Position numbers and translations under genes: made by a program
Shown: one piece after another, positions 1-10,682 of the stretch
Layout: each line of letters starts with the position of its first letter
How positions within the stretch are numbered: the stretch's first letter is position 1
NCBI GenBank assembly: GCA_040954595.2
Contig: JBECUI020000040.1
Location: 55,026-119,025, forward strand
Direction of reading: 5' to 3'
From: Balanoglossus misakiensis
Taxonomy: Eukaryota > Animalia > Hemichordata
Length of the DNA: 64,000 nt
The notes under the pieces: model-generated
Told to the model about the DNA's origin: nothing
Seen by the model: only the letters and a program-made list of their open reading frames with translations
Database searches by the model: none

Positions 1-793
1 AAGAGTTGGACAGAAGCCAGGTCTGCCTGAGGAACGTAGCCAACGAGGCTGAGCATCTCCCCTCCTGCTTCCTTATTAAGGGAGAGATCCGCAACAAGGT
101 AGTCCCTTTTTTCTTCCAGCTTTTCTATGTACAGCTCCAGCATCTTTCTCTGGGAATAAAGGCCAGACAGGAAAACTTCTTCCTCTTTTATGGCCTGGTT
201 TAGATTTCTCTGCTGAGTCTGGAGATGTTCAAGGTTTTTTCGGGAAATGTCTTGCGGAATAAGCCCTTCAAGCTCCACCGGCTCCTCCCCTTCCCTTGTG
301 ATGAGCAGGAGGTGGACCACATTTCCTTCCTCACTTAGAAAATAGACGCAGTGGTCTTTAAATGCCTCTGGATCATACTTTCTTTTGGAGTGGGTCAGGA
401 AAGAAAAACGCAGGCCCTGGCCCTCCAGGACCTCCAGAAGTTGAGGATCAAAATCCCCCAGGGCAGTAAGGACTTTATGTCCTTGTTCAGGTTTTCCTTT
501 TCCGTGTGAAGATGGATAAGTTTCTGGAGGGAATCCGCGGCAGCCTGACAGAACTCATCCACATTGCTATAAGTTTTCACTTCAGTGGGAGGGGGGGGAG
601 TCTTGTGGTTGGCTAAGAACTGGAGGGTTTTCTTCAGGTTCTTGAGTTTCTCATCAAGTTCTTCTACTTCGGCACTAGGGTTGAGAGTCTGATTCGTCAA
701 ATGCATAACCCCAAGGCCCTGAAGACGGTCAAGGAACTCCCGCCGACTGCTGGCAAGAGCCAAGACCGAAAGCTTCTTCATCGGCTCTACCAT
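1..793 (-). CDS. atpI: V-type ATP synthase subunit I (5' part; runs off window; frameshift near 455)
   Basis: N-term MVEPMKKLSVLAL...LQGLGVMH; follows subunit D; continues in another frame after LLPWG (DFDPQLLE...). Confidence 0.85.
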
Positions 794-1395
794 CAGGCTA
801 CCTCGACCCTTGCATTCTGCCGATTCTTGGTAATTTTCTGCCCAGCCTTTTCCAGGTTTTCAACGTCCTCCAGATAGCGTTTGATCTTCAAGATGGAGCC
901 GGAAAATTCAGGGATCTGTACTTTTTCATAAAGGTTTACCTTCTGGGTGGTTTTCTTCCGGGCATACTCCAGAAGTTCAATACGTTTCTTAGACACTTCT
1001 ATCTCTGCCGACATCTTCCCCAGTGTTTTGACCATGGCGATTCCCCAGGGCAGCCAGGCCGGAGAAAGAAATGCCGAATAAGGTCGAAGGTCATAAGTAA
1101 TCTCCCTCACTACAGGCACTTTGATCCCCGCAAGGTTATCTTCTTGCAAGGTTACTGACTGCAGTTGCAGTAGAGAATCGGGGAATTCCGCCCAGAGTCG
1201 ATTACTTTCTTGAATTTCTTCCAGTTTTTTTTCCAGGGTCTTTTTCAGGTCGTCAAGGAGATGTTTTTCCTTCTTGAGAATAACCCTGAGGTAGGCCTCC
1301 TTGCTTTTTAAGGTGGGTAAGGCGTTTTGCCGTATTTTGAGCCCCTTCTGAAGCATCTGTAGAGCCACCTTATTAAACTGGAACTTCAATGACAT
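793..1395 (-). CDS. atpD: V-type ATP synthase subunit D
   Basis: LPTLKSKEA, KKTTQKVNLYEKVQIP motifs; operon position. Confidence 0.95.
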   Translation of the reverse strand: MSLKFQFNKVALQMLQKGLKIRQNALPTLKSKEAYLRVILKKEKHLLDDLKKTLEKKLEEIQESNRLWAEFPDSLLQLQSVTLQEDNLAGIKVPVVREITYDLRPYSAFLSPAWLPWGIAMVKTLGKMSAEIEVSKKRIELLEYARKKTTQKVNLYEKVQIPEFSGSILKIKRYLEDVENLEKAGQKITKNRQNARVEVA

Positions 1396-1398
1396 ATT

Positions 1399-2721
1399 TT
1401 ATTTCCCTTTCCAGTACTTGTCCATGATAGCTTTTTTCCCGGCAACCTCTTCCCGGGTAAAATGTCGACCTAAAAGCTCCCAGGCAAGGTCAAGCATGGC
1501 ATTGGGTTCCAGGTCTACGTCTATAGCTAAAAGTTGGTCGGAGTATTCCCTAGCAAAGGAGATGGACCGGTTATCGTAGTCGCTAAGGTCAAAACCGTTA
1601 TCCCGCTTGGTTTTGGCATCGGCGGCGTCAGAGTAAAGTCGTATAGCGGAATTCATGACAACCGAATGGTCTTCGCGGGTTTTTTTATTAATAACTAACT
1701 GTTTGAGCCTGGATAGGGAGCGGAAAGGGTCAACGATAACCTTCCCAATGTCCGTGTCGGTGCGCAGGAAAAGCTGCCCTTCTGTAATGTAACCCGTGTT
1801 GTCAGGGATAGCATGGGTAATGTCTCCGCCAGACAGGGTGGTCACAGCCACTATGGTTATAGAGCCTCCATTGGGAAACTGGACAGCCTTTTCGTAGAGT
1901 TTTGCCAGGTCGGAATACAGAGACCCGGGCATGGAGTCTTTTGATGGAATCTGGTCCATCTTGTTGGCAACTATGGCCAGGGCATCGGCGTAGAGAGTCA
2001 TATCGGTCAGAAGGACCAGGACCTTCTCATTTTTATCCACCGCAAAGTATTCGGCGGCGGTAAGGGCCATATCCGGGACCAAGAGGCGCTCCACAGGGGG
2101 ATTCTCGGTGGTGTTGATAAAGCTGATAATCTTGTCCATGGCTCCGGCATTTTCAAACAGATCTCGGAAGTACAGGTAGTCATCATTAGAGAGTCCCATG
2201 CCTCCTAAAATGATCTTGTCTGCCTCGGCCCTGAGGGCAACATTGGCCATCACCTCGTTGTAGGGCTGGTCCGGGTCGGCAAAGAAAGGAATCTTCTGCC
2301 CTCCTACCAGAGTGTTGTTCAGGTCTATTCCTGCTATGCCTGTGGTAATGAGCTGGGAAGGCTGCTGCCTGCGTACCGGGTTCACCGAGGGACCGGCGAT
2401 TATTCGTTCTTCACCTTCAATGTCTGGCCCTCCATCGATGGGCATGCCGTAGGCATTGAAGAAGCGCCCGGCAAGATCTTCTGAGACCTTCAGGACGGGG
2501 GGGCGACCCAGAAAGGTCACCTGAGCTTGGGTGCTAATGCCTTCGGTACCCACAAAAACTTGCAGGGTCACCTCGTCTTTTTGAATTTTGACCACCTGGG
2601 CCAGACGATCTTCCACAAAGGCCATTTCTTCATTCCCAATGCCTTCGGCGGTCAAGGAGCAGGTCGCCTTGGTAATTTTGTTGATTCTTGTATAGATTTT
2701 TCTAAACGCCTGACTCTGCAT
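1399..2721 (-). CDS. atpB: V-type ATP synthase subunit B
   Basis: GQKIPFF, PDNTGYITEGQ, DPFRSLSRL. Confidence 0.97.
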   Translation of the reverse strand: MQSQAFRKIYTRINKITKATCSLTAEGIGNEEMAFVEDRLAQVVKIQKDEVTLQVFVGTEGISTQAQVTFLGRPPVLKVSEDLAGRFFNAYGMPIDGGPDIEGEERIIAGPSVNPVRRQQPSQLITTGIAGIDLNNTLVGGQKIPFFADPDQPYNEVMANVALRAEADKIILGGMGLSNDDYLYFRDLFENAGAMDKIISFINTTENPPVERLLVPDMALTAAEYFAVDKNEKVLVLLTDMTLYADALAIVANKMDQIPSKDSMPGSLYSDLAKLYEKAVQFPNGGSITIVAVTTLSGGDITHAIPDNTGYITEGQLFLRTDTDIGKVIVDPFRSLSRLKQLVINKKTREDHSVVMNSAIRLYSDAADAKTKRDNGFDLSDYDNRSISFAREYSDQLLAIDVDLEPNAMLDLAWELLGRHFTREEVAGKKAIMDKYWKGK

Positions 2722-4475
2722 CAGGTTAGCCCTCCCTCTTGGAGAAGTTCCCGCAATTCCTTTTCAAAGTTTTGGAACCCTGTAGACTGAAATTCGCAGT
2801 AGTTCATCTGTCTTAAACAATCAATAACTCGCTTGAAGTAGGGTGATACCTCTTCAAAGCTATCAAAACGATACTCTCCGTCGCATACTTCTTTGACCAG
2901 TTCCAGGCTGTATTTCTGTCTCTCCAACCCGCAAAAACTATCAATGGGGTCAAAGGCATCCTGCTGAATCAGGCAGAAATCAATGACTTCGCCTTTCCAG
3001 AACTCCACATGGCTGGATACCGGAACCCCATCGTCCCCAAGAATATTAATCTGGTCCTGGGCCTCTCTTGCCCTAAGGAGAAGGTTCTTCAAGGTCAAAA
3101 CATTATCAACCCAGCTCTCCCCAGATCTCTTTTTAAGGTATTGACGAATTTCCGGGCTTGCTAAGTATTGGGAATAGCTTTCCAGGGGATCAACGGCAGG
3201 ATAGCGCTTGGAATCCGCTCGTTTCTGAGAGAGGGCGTAGAAGCATTGGGCAACCTTCTTGGTCGCTTCTGTTACCGGTTCTTTAAGATTACCCCCCGCC
3301 GGAGAGACGGTGCCCAGGAAGGTGAGAGAGCCAATTTCTCCATTATTCAACCGGACCACACCAGCTCGGGCATAAAAGTTCGCAATCACCGCCGATAAAT
3401 CCATGGGGAATGCATCGGGACCGGGGAGTTCTTCCAAACGGTTGGACATTTCCCTAAGGGCCTGAGCCCATCGGGAAGTGGAATCCGCCAGGAGCAGGAC
3501 ACGGCATCCCATCTGCCGGTAGTACTCTCCAATAGTCATGGCGGTGTAGACTGAGGCCTCCCGAGCCGCAACCGGCATGTTGGAAGTGTTGCAGATAATG
3601 GTGGTCCGCTCACTCAGTTTGCGGCCTGTGCGGGTATCCTCAAGTTTGGGAAACTCGGTAAAGATTTCCACCACTTCATTGGCCCTTTCTCCACAGGCAG
3701 CAAAGATAATAATATCCGCCGAGGCATTTTTGGAGATGGCATGCTGCAACACGGTCTTCCCACAGCCGAAGGGGCCAGGGATAAATCCAGTGCCCCCTTC
3801 GCCCAGAGGGTTAAAGGTATCAAGAATGCGGTAACCCGTTTCTAGGAGACTAAAGGGTCGGGGCTTCTCTTTATAGGCTTTAAGGGGAATTTTAATGGGC
3901 CAGCGCTGCACCATACTGACCGAGACCGTCTCCCCCCGATCGTTTTCCAATAAGCCTATCTCGTCCCGTATGGTCAATGTGGTTTCTGTGATAATCCGGA
4001 CAAGCCGCCAGCTGCCCTTAAGCTTGAAGGGCACCATGATTTTATGGGCCACCCAGTTTTCTTTTACTTCACCCAGCCAATCTCCGGCCACAACTATGTC
4101 TCCAGAACGGGCTAAGGGCTTAAAAATATAAGTCTTCTCTTCATCGAGGGGCGAGGTGTATTCTCCCCGCTTGAGGAAGATACCTTCCTTTTGATCCAAG
4201 TCGTTCTGCAGTCCATCGAAGTTTCTGGAGAGCAGACCCGGCCCCAGTTGAACCTCCAGCAAATCACCGGTAAATTCAACATCCAGGCCTATCTTGATTC
4301 CCCGAGTGCTTTCAAAGCACTGAAGGCTGAGCATCTTACCGTGAATTTTTATTACTTCAGCCATCAACCGTTCCTGCCCAGAAACGATATAGGCGATTTC
4401 GTTCTGGCACACAGGGCCAGAAACTTCAACGGTAATAAGGTTGGCGATTATGCCGCTTACCTTACCAGTGGTCAT
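2721..4475 (-). CDS. atpA: V-type ATP synthase subunit A
   Basis: Walker A GPFGCGKTV, CGERANE, DSTSRWAQALRE. Confidence 0.97.
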   Translation of the reverse strand: MTTGKVSGIIANLITVEVSGPVCQNEIAYIVSGQERLMAEVIKIHGKMLSLQCFESTRGIKIGLDVEFTGDLLEVQLGPGLLSRNFDGLQNDLDQKEGIFLKRGEYTSPLDEEKTYIFKPLARSGDIVVAGDWLGEVKENWVAHKIMVPFKLKGSWRLVRIITETTLTIRDEIGLLENDRGETVSVSMVQRWPIKIPLKAYKEKPRPFSLLETGYRILDTFNPLGEGGTGFIPGPFGCGKTVLQHAISKNASADIIIFAACGERANEVVEIFTEFPKLEDTRTGRKLSERTTIICNTSNMPVAAREASVYTAMTIGEYYRQMGCRVLLLADSTSRWAQALREMSNRLEELPGPDAFPMDLSAVIANFYARAGVVRLNNGEIGSLTFLGTVSPAGGNLKEPVTEATKKVAQCFYALSQKRADSKRYPAVDPLESYSQYLASPEIRQYLKKRSGESWVDNVLTLKNLLLRAREAQDQINILGDDGVPVSSHVEFWKGEVIDFCLIQQDAFDPIDSFCGLERQKYSLELVKEVCDGEYRFDSFEEVSPYFKRVIDCLRQMNYCEFQSTGFQNFEKELRELLQEGGLT

Positions 4476-5275
4476 AGGCGTTCCTTTACTTGGCTTATCA
4501 GATTGTCTAGTTTTTGCTTACCTTCCTGGGGATCCAGAGCAAGCCATCTTTCTATGGAATGGATCTTCAGGGCATAGGAAAAGACAGCTTCTTTGGAAAA
4601 GTAATGATAATCTATGGTTTCGTCGAGCCACGTCCAACGGATTTCATCAATTTTTTTTTCGATTTCTATGGGAGTAGCCCTGGCAAAAAGTTCTAGTAGG
4701 GGTTCAAAGATACCGATTTCACCAGCAAGGCCAAAATCCAGAGCCGTATTTGTGCCTAACTGCTCACAAAAATAATCCCCAGGAATGAGTTCCTTCGTAT
4801 AGCTCTGTCCTAAAACCCGGTGAGAAAGGGCCAGACAGAGGTTTCGACACCGACATTCAAAAAGCAGATAGTCTTTGACAAAAGCTCTGGCAAATTCATT
4901 TAGCCCCTCGTAGAGCAGCAGCAGCAGTTGGTCCCTGGGGGTAGTAAGCATTCCCTTGAGGTTTTCATCTGACTCCTCACGACTCTGGAGATAATCGGCC
5001 ATAAAGGGAAACAGGAGATCGGTGTCCTTGAGTCCCTCAAGAAGTGTCTCTTCATTGTAGTAGGAAGGGCGAATAAAAGAACTATCACCGTGCAGACAAC
5101 CCAGAAGATTATCTACATCGTTAAAGATAAAGCATCGACCCAACTCATCCCGATGGGCTGGTTTTAATTCTTCGGCGCAGAAGTCAAAAAAAGAAGGATA
5201 GGGATGCTTGCTTTCACTATCGGCTCTCAGGAGTTCTGGAAGGCTGGCAATAAGGTAGTGATATTCTTGTTTCAA
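4472..5275 (-). CDS. DUF2764-family V-ATPase-associated protein (subunit C position)
   Basis: YHYLIASLPEL N-term; lies between subunits E and A. Confidence 0.8.
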   Translation of the reverse strand: MKQEYHYLIASLPELLRADSESKHPYPSFFDFCAEELKPAHRDELGRCFIFNDVDNLLGCLHGDSSFIRPSYYNEETLLEGLKDTDLLFPFMADYLQSREESDENLKGMLTTPRDQLLLLLYEGLNEFARAFVKDYLLFECRCRNLCLALSHRVLGQSYTKELIPGDYFCEQLGTNTALDFGLAGEIGIFEPLLELFARATPIEIEKKIDEIRWTWLDETIDYHYFSKEAVFSYALKIHSIERWLALDPQEGKQKLDNLISQVKERL

Positions 5276-5278
5276 AAC

Positions 5279-5908
5279 TTAGTTCTCAGTAAAGAGTAGG
5301 GCCTGAATTGTTTCTTTCACAAAGGATTTAAAGTACTCCTCAAAATCCTTATCACTGAAATTCAACTTGAAGGAACCGTTCTTGGCTTCCAGGGTGAAAC
5401 CATTGGACATACGCCCTTCGAAACGCAACTCCAAGCCCTTCATCAGAGGCACAGCCAAGGCATTTTGCAGATAGTCTGCAAACTCCTCCCGCTTGGTATG
5501 GCTGAGCACAACTCTGATATCCGGAGATTTTTCCATATTGTCCCAATGCGAAACTAAGTCTGCAATGAGCTTCTGCAGAAACTCCTTGTCGTCTAAGGCC
5601 ACATTCAGTCTACGGCTTAAGATATCGTTAGCTAGTAGGTTCAACAAACGCTGCTTAAAGGCGCTCAATGCCTGCCTAGATGCCAGGGCAAGTTCGGACT
5701 TCCCCTGGCTTAGCAGTTTAGCAGCTGTTTTACGACCTTGACCAATAAGGGCTTGGGATTGTTTTTCAGCCTCAGAAAGGATATCCCTTCTCTGTTTCTC
5801 AGCCTCTTCCAAGATGGCTTGACCCTTAACCTCGGCTTTCTCAACACCTTCTCGGTAAAGCTTTTCTGTTAGTTCCCTTATCTTTTGATTCATTAAAATC
5901 TCACTCAC
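5279..5908 (-). CDS. atpE: V-type ATP synthase subunit E
   Basis: KIRELTEKLYREGVEKA helical N-term; first gene of operon. Confidence 0.9.
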   Translation of the reverse strand: MSEILMNQKIRELTEKLYREGVEKAEVKGQAILEEAEKQRRDILSEAEKQSQALIGQGRKTAAKLLSQGKSELALASRQALSAFKQRLLNLLANDILSRRLNVALDDKEFLQKLIADLVSHWDNMEKSPDIRVVLSHTKREEFADYLQNALAVPLMKGLELRFEGRMSNGFTLEAKNGSFKLNFSDKDFEEYFKSFVKETIQALLFTEN

Positions 5909-6168
5909 TCCCAGCTGTATGCATATGATTTATATGGTACACACTACTTAGAGGATACTACCATAGGAGAAATTTAGCAAGGCATTTTATTTTCCATGTC
6001 CATTGGCTGCCCTCTCAAGCTCATGAGGAATATGGTGAGGAGAGTATCTCTAAGTTAGATTCAGGGATTCTCATTTTTGAGCTCAGTGTAATGGATGTGT
6101 CACCTGGGATGTGTAAGCTTTCGGCAACTAGTATATTGAGGACACATTAGCTATATTCTATATCGAAG

Positions 6169-7509
6169 ATGAAAAACCGCCATTTCTTATCTTTCGAACG
6201 CCTGATACTCTATTCTTACTTCTTGGGACTCATTTTTTTGGGCACCCTGCTCTTGGCCCTACCTGCCTCCTGGGGAGGGGAAAAGGAGGAGCTAAAGTTT
6301 ATAGATGCCTTTTTTATCGCCGTTTCGGCTGTCTGCGTCACGGGCTTGGTCTCTGTAGATACCTCGTCCTGGTCTTCCCTGGGGCAAATCGTTATTCTTG
6401 TTCTTATTCAGGCTGGAGGGCTGGGAATAGTAACTTTCAGTGTGCTCTATGTGATTCTTCCCAGAATGCGGGTTTCTTTAAGGAATTCAAAATTGATTCG
6501 CGAGTCCTTTACTCCAACCTTGGAAGTCAATCCAAAAACCATTATCCGCTCCATTCTGACCACAACTCTGCTAATGGAAGGCATTGGAGCTGCGATTCTT
6601 GCCTGGGGCTTTGCCCGAACAGGGAGCAGCCGCCCCATAGTCAACGGAATATTCCATGCCGTTTCCGCCTTTTCCAACGCTGGCTTTTCTCGGTTTGATG
6701 ACAGTTTTGTTTCTTATAGAGACAACGTTCTTGTGAATGTGACTCTTATGGTGCTGATTGTTGCAGGCGGTCTTGGGTTTATTGTCATTCGAGATATCCG
6801 CAGAAAAATTTTTGACTTTCGACGCCCTCTACTCTTACAAACCCGCCTGATGCTTCTGGCCCTGCCCCTCCTGATTCTGGGAGGAGGCCTGGTTTACTTT
6901 ATTTTTGAATCATCGGCGGCCTTTGCCGACATGCCCCTGGGACAAGGCATCCTTGCCGCCTTATTCCAATCTGTTACCACCAGAACCGCTGGCTTTAATA
7001 CCGTTGATCAGGCAAGTTTTTCCACAGCCTCCCGGTTCCTCACGATTCTGTTCATGCTGATTGGAGGCGGTTCAGGTTCTACCGCAGGAGGGCTCAAAGT
7101 ATCCACAGTTTGTGTACTTCTTCTGGTGCTTTTTAAGGGCCTTAACAATAGGCGGGAAATTCATGTCCTGCATCGCCGTCTGGTTGCCCAGGACATTCAC
7201 CGAGCCCTGCTTTTCTTCATGCGGGCAATGTTGATTCTGGGTCTCAGTGTTTTTGCCCTGATAATTCTGGAGCCTCCAGAGCTAACAGGCTTTTCTTTTA
7301 TGGAACTTTTTTTTGAATCCGTTTCCGCCCTGGGAACTGTGGGGCTTTCTCTAGGAATTACAGCACAGCTTTCCGTGATGGGAAAGATTGTTCTAGCCGC
7401 CACCATGTTCAGCGGTCGGGTGGGGCTTTTTTCCCTAGCTATAAGCGTCTGGCAAGACAGGACGGAAAGATTGATTGAATACTCCCGAGGGGAGGTACTT
7501 ATTGGATGA
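6169..7509 (+). CDS. ktrB: Ktr/Trk potassium uptake membrane subunit (KtrB/TrkH family)
   Basis: Four pore loops: SAVCVTGL, SAFSNAGF, TRTAGF, SALGTVGLS. Confidence 0.93.
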   Translation: MKNRHFLSFERLILYSYFLGLIFLGTLLLALPASWGGEKEELKFIDAFFIAVSAVCVTGLVSVDTSSWSSLGQIVILVLIQAGGLGIVTFSVLYVILPRMRVSLRNSKLIRESFTPTLEVNPKTIIRSILTTTLLMEGIGAAILAWGFARTGSSRPIVNGIFHAVSAFSNAGFSRFDDSFVSYRDNVLVNVTLMVLIVAGGLGFIVIRDIRRKIFDFRRPLLLQTRLMLLALPLLILGGGLVYFIFESSAAFADMPLGQGILAALFQSVTTRTAGFNTVDQASFSTASRFLTILFMLIGGGSGSTAGGLKVSTVCVLLLVLFKGLNNRREIHVLHRRLVAQDIHRALLFFMRAMLILGLSVFALIILEPPELTGFSFMELFFESVSALGTVGLSLGITAQLSVMGKIVLAATMFSGRVGLFSLAISVWQDRTERLIEYSRGEVLIG

Positions 7510-8243
7510 AACAGTATGCCATTATTGGTGCTAGTACTTTTGGTAAGAGAATTCTTGAGGAACTGATTATTCTGGATTGCGAGATTATTTTAATCGATAA
7601 AGATCAGGAACTCATCGATTTTTATAAAAACGAGGTCACTGCTGCCTATATAGCCAACGTGCTTAACGAGGACACCATCAATAAACTTATTCCACCGGAT
7701 ATCGATGCAGCGGTGGTGGATTTGGGAACCCAGATAGAAGCTTCCATTTTGGTAACTCGATACCTCCAGGATTTAGGAATCAAGAGCATCATTGTCAAGG
7801 CAGAAACAGACCAACACGGAAAAATCCTGGAGATGGTGGGGGCAACCTTTGTGGTTTTCCCCAATTTAGAGGCTGCCAAGAGGGTAACTCCCCTGCTGGT
7901 TTCCGACCTACTCCTTAATTATCTGCCCATAAGTGGAGGGTTGATTATTGCTGAAACGGGTGTCCCTCCCCGATACATAGGCAAAAATCTCGTCGAATCC
8001 CAGCTAAGGCAGTTGCAAAAAATCAACTTGGTGGCCATACGACAAGGCGGTTCTGGGGATTACACGTACTCTTCCCCGACCTATCGTCTGAAAAAAGAAG
8101 ATATTCTTCTTATTGCTGGCAAGGAAAAGGATGTTTTTGTCTTTGCAGGAAAGGATATCCAAGAACGCTCCAAGGGGCTAGGAGATATTTTCCGGAAGCT
8201 TCTGACTGTTCCGGGCAGAATAAAAGATAAAGAGCAACAATGA
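7506..8243 (+). CDS. ktrA: Ktr/Trk RCK regulatory subunit (KtrA/TrkA family)
   Basis: AIIGASTFG Rossmann motif, RCK-C tail; ATGA overlap with ktrB. Confidence 0.9.
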   Translation: MKQYAIIGASTFGKRILEELIILDCEIILIDKDQELIDFYKNEVTAAYIANVLNEDTINKLIPPDIDAAVVDLGTQIEASILVTRYLQDLGIKSIIVKAETDQHGKILEMVGATFVVFPNLEAAKRVTPLLVSDLLLNYLPISGGLIIAETGVPPRYIGKNLVESQLRQLQKINLVAIRQGGSGDYTYSSPTYRLKKEDILLIAGKEKDVFVFAGKDIQERSKGLGDIFRKLLTVPGRIKDKEQQ

Positions 8244-8671
8244 TGAGAAAGAGTCGTTATGAGCTAAAGAAGTGTCTGATTTAACTTATGAGTCGAGAAA
8301 TGACACTTAACCCTCTGCGATGCTGAGTACCTGGGATTACAGGGAAGCAAAGAGGGCCCTCGCAAAACTTACTTAAGGGCCTAAGTAAAAAAATCAGGTA
8401 AGGAATTCTGCATTTTTTTCTTATTTATCCATAGTTCCTGTTGTTATTTTTTACTCACTATTATTTTTGTTATGTTTGTTCAGACAAATACATTTCAGGG
8501 AAGCTATTTTTTAGATCATTGCCTCACAAGAACCTGCTGTACTCCAAAGTTATTGACATTCGATTCGATAAGGCTGCCCATGGCCTTAAGGCCGTCTTTT
8601 CCAGAACCAGGAAGTGTCCTCCCAAGAGAGAATTCCAGAAGAAAAGTTTATTAAAATCGGAAAGATTGCTG

Positions 8672-8699
8672 TTGACAAGAATGCATTGCCAGAGATAAT
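8672..8699 (+). promoter_or_regulatory. Putative sigma70 promoter of iol operon
   Basis: TTGACA-16 bp-GATAAT about 200 bp upstream of iolB. Confidence 0.4.
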
Positions 8700-8899
8700 A
8701 CTTTCCTAGAATAAACATAATAAAACGTGTATCAATGAAGTACGGTCTCAATATTCTTAATGTTCCTGCGGATTTACAGCAAGTTAAGCGAACCATTATA
8801 GTTATTGAGGTTATTATCAAAATAAGAAAAACTACAAAACCGTGTGGTTAAAGTACTCAAGGCAAACTTCTGAAATCCATAACGTATGAGGAGTGTACA

Positions 8900-9709
8900 A
8901 TGGTCAAACATAAACTTTCAGAGTACCAAAATGGCATGAATCTCCTTGTTTCCGAAGCTTCGGAGAGTGATAGGTCAATGTTGGATTTTGGTATTATAAA
9001 ACTCAATGAAGGAACAGTTTGGGAAGATGATTCCGATAGAGAACGGGCCCTGCTTCTGATTAGGGGCACTGTGACCTTTCACTGGGAAGGAACAACACGA
9101 GAGGCCACCCGTATCTCCTGTTTTGATGAACCCCCGGAGGTCCTGCAGGTACCGGAAAAAATGAGGGTAAGGTTGACAGGAGGCCCTGGAGGGGCAGAAC
9201 TCGGTTATGAAGCCTGCCTTAACACAACAAACTTTGCCCCCCGTTACTATGCCAAAACGGATATTCATAAGGAAATCTTTGGTGCCGGGGCCTGGGGTGG
9301 CACCTCGATCAGAACCGTACGGACAGTTTTCGATGGAGAAAAAATGAAATCTTCCGGCATGGTGCTGGGAGAGGTCATCAATCATCCAGGGAAATGGTCC
9401 AGCTATCCTCCTCATGATCATCCGCATCCAGAAATCTACCATTACCGGTTCCTTCCTTCTCAAGGTTTTGGGGTTTCCCTGCTGGAAGACGATGCTCACC
9501 TGATAAAAGACGGCAGCACCAGTCTAATCAGTCCCAACAAGACACATTCCCAGGTCTCCGCCCCAGGCTATGCCATGTATTATATTTGGATGATTCCACA
9601 CCTCCCGGGAAATCGCTGGTTTCCCACAAACCGTTACTTCAGGAAGGAACACCAGTGGCTTCTGCATAAGGATGTACAAATCTGGCCAGAACTTTCAAAA
9701 AATTCATGA
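8900..9709 (+). CDS. iolB: 5-deoxy-glucuronate isomerase (IolB)
   Basis: GKWSSYPPHDHPHPEIYHYRF cupin motif; iol context; GAGGAG RBS. Confidence 0.88.
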   Translation: MVKHKLSEYQNGMNLLVSEASESDRSMLDFGIIKLNEGTVWEDDSDRERALLLIRGTVTFHWEGTTREATRISCFDEPPEVLQVPEKMRVRLTGGPGGAELGYEACLNTTNFAPRYYAKTDIHKEIFGAGAWGGTSIRTVRTVFDGEKMKSSGMVLGEVINHPGKWSSYPPHDHPHPEIYHYRFLPSQGFGVSLLEDDAHLIKDGSTSLISPNKTHSQVSAPGYAMYYIWMIPHLPGNRWFPTNRYFRKEHQWLLHKDVQIWPELSKNS

Positions 9710-9828
9710 AAGCAAAGCGTTTAACTCTGGCCCAGGCCCTCATCCAGTCTCTCAATAAGCAATATAGTCGGGTTGATGGAAAGAATGTCAGATTTGTTGA
9801 GGGGGTTTCGGGCATATTCGGACATGGC
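9706..9828 (+). pseudogene. iolD: iolD 5' stump (THcHDO hydrolase, first ~41 codons)
   Basis: MKAKRLTLAQALIQSLNKQY...FVEGVSGIFGHG matches IolD N-term; similarity ends right after GHG. Confidence 0.85.
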
Positions 9829-9829
9829 T

Positions 9830-10644
9830 GCGTCGTGGACAAACAACGATGTTTCCGCATTGGAAACCGAAAACAGTTTGAAGCCGTGTATCTATAAATG
9901 GCTCTGGCGGGCTATGTCGGCTGGCCTAATGAGGATGCCCCGGAAGACAACCCTGCTCAGCAAGGCTCTGGAGACTGAGCTTCGGCAGTCCGTGCTTCTT
10001 TTATTGTCAGGGACCGTTTGCCCCGAATGGAGAAGGCACTCGGTATGTGCTGCGTGTTATGGGAAGCTCCATCACTGCCCCCTCGGAGCAGACCCACTGA
10101 GCAAAGTCCAGAGTGCTGTTGGTTTTTTGCTTCCAAGGCCCTTGTTGCCGGGAAGGACGGAAAAGACTGATTATGGGGGAGGAATCATGGGGCATCTTGC
10201 CCGAGAAGAAGATTTTTGGCTTTGCGATCATCATGCCGGCGGGGCTACAGGCTTCTAAAGAGGTGGAGCGTTGTTTGAAGAACACTGGCCATGAAGACGT
10301 ATGGACTTTTTTTATGACTCAGAACCTTGTTCCTGCCAGTGCTGATCCCGTTAAGGAGCGGAAGTCTTTGTCTCTGCGTGGACATGCTCAACTTAAGAAC
10401 CTCCACAGCAAGCAGAGACAAAGGAGCCGACGGGAAGATCGGCCCTTGGGGAAGTCTGTCCAAGAAGGAATCTTCACTGTCCGGAAGACGGCTCATGAGA
10501 CTTTCCGACGGTTTTTTCCTTCTGGAAAACCCTGCTTACCAGAGATGGATGGTCGACGAAGCAGGGCAGGGGCCTGCAACCCTCCATCCCCTGGAACATG
10601 CCGTTATGGCTAGAACGTGTATTGGTGAGGAAGCAGGTCTATAA
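9830..10644 (+). pseudogene. iolE: iolE (myo-inosose-2 dehydratase) degraded pseudogene
   Basis: Fragments in several frames: SWTNNDVSALETENSLKPCI, MALAGYVG, VQEGIFTV, YQRWMVDEAGQGPATLHPLEHAVMARTCIGEEAGL*. Confidence 0.8.
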
Positions 10645-10682
10645 GCTTGTCCCACCAAAGAAAAATTTGAAAAGGAATTAAC

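Noticed and set aside
8441-8820. Short ORFs upstream of iolB
   Set aside because: No recognisable motif or RBS; they overlap each other and the probable promoter.
9773-10613. ORFs of 161 and 166 aa as independent hypothetical genes
   Set aside because: They are partly off-frame pieces of the iolE pseudogene.
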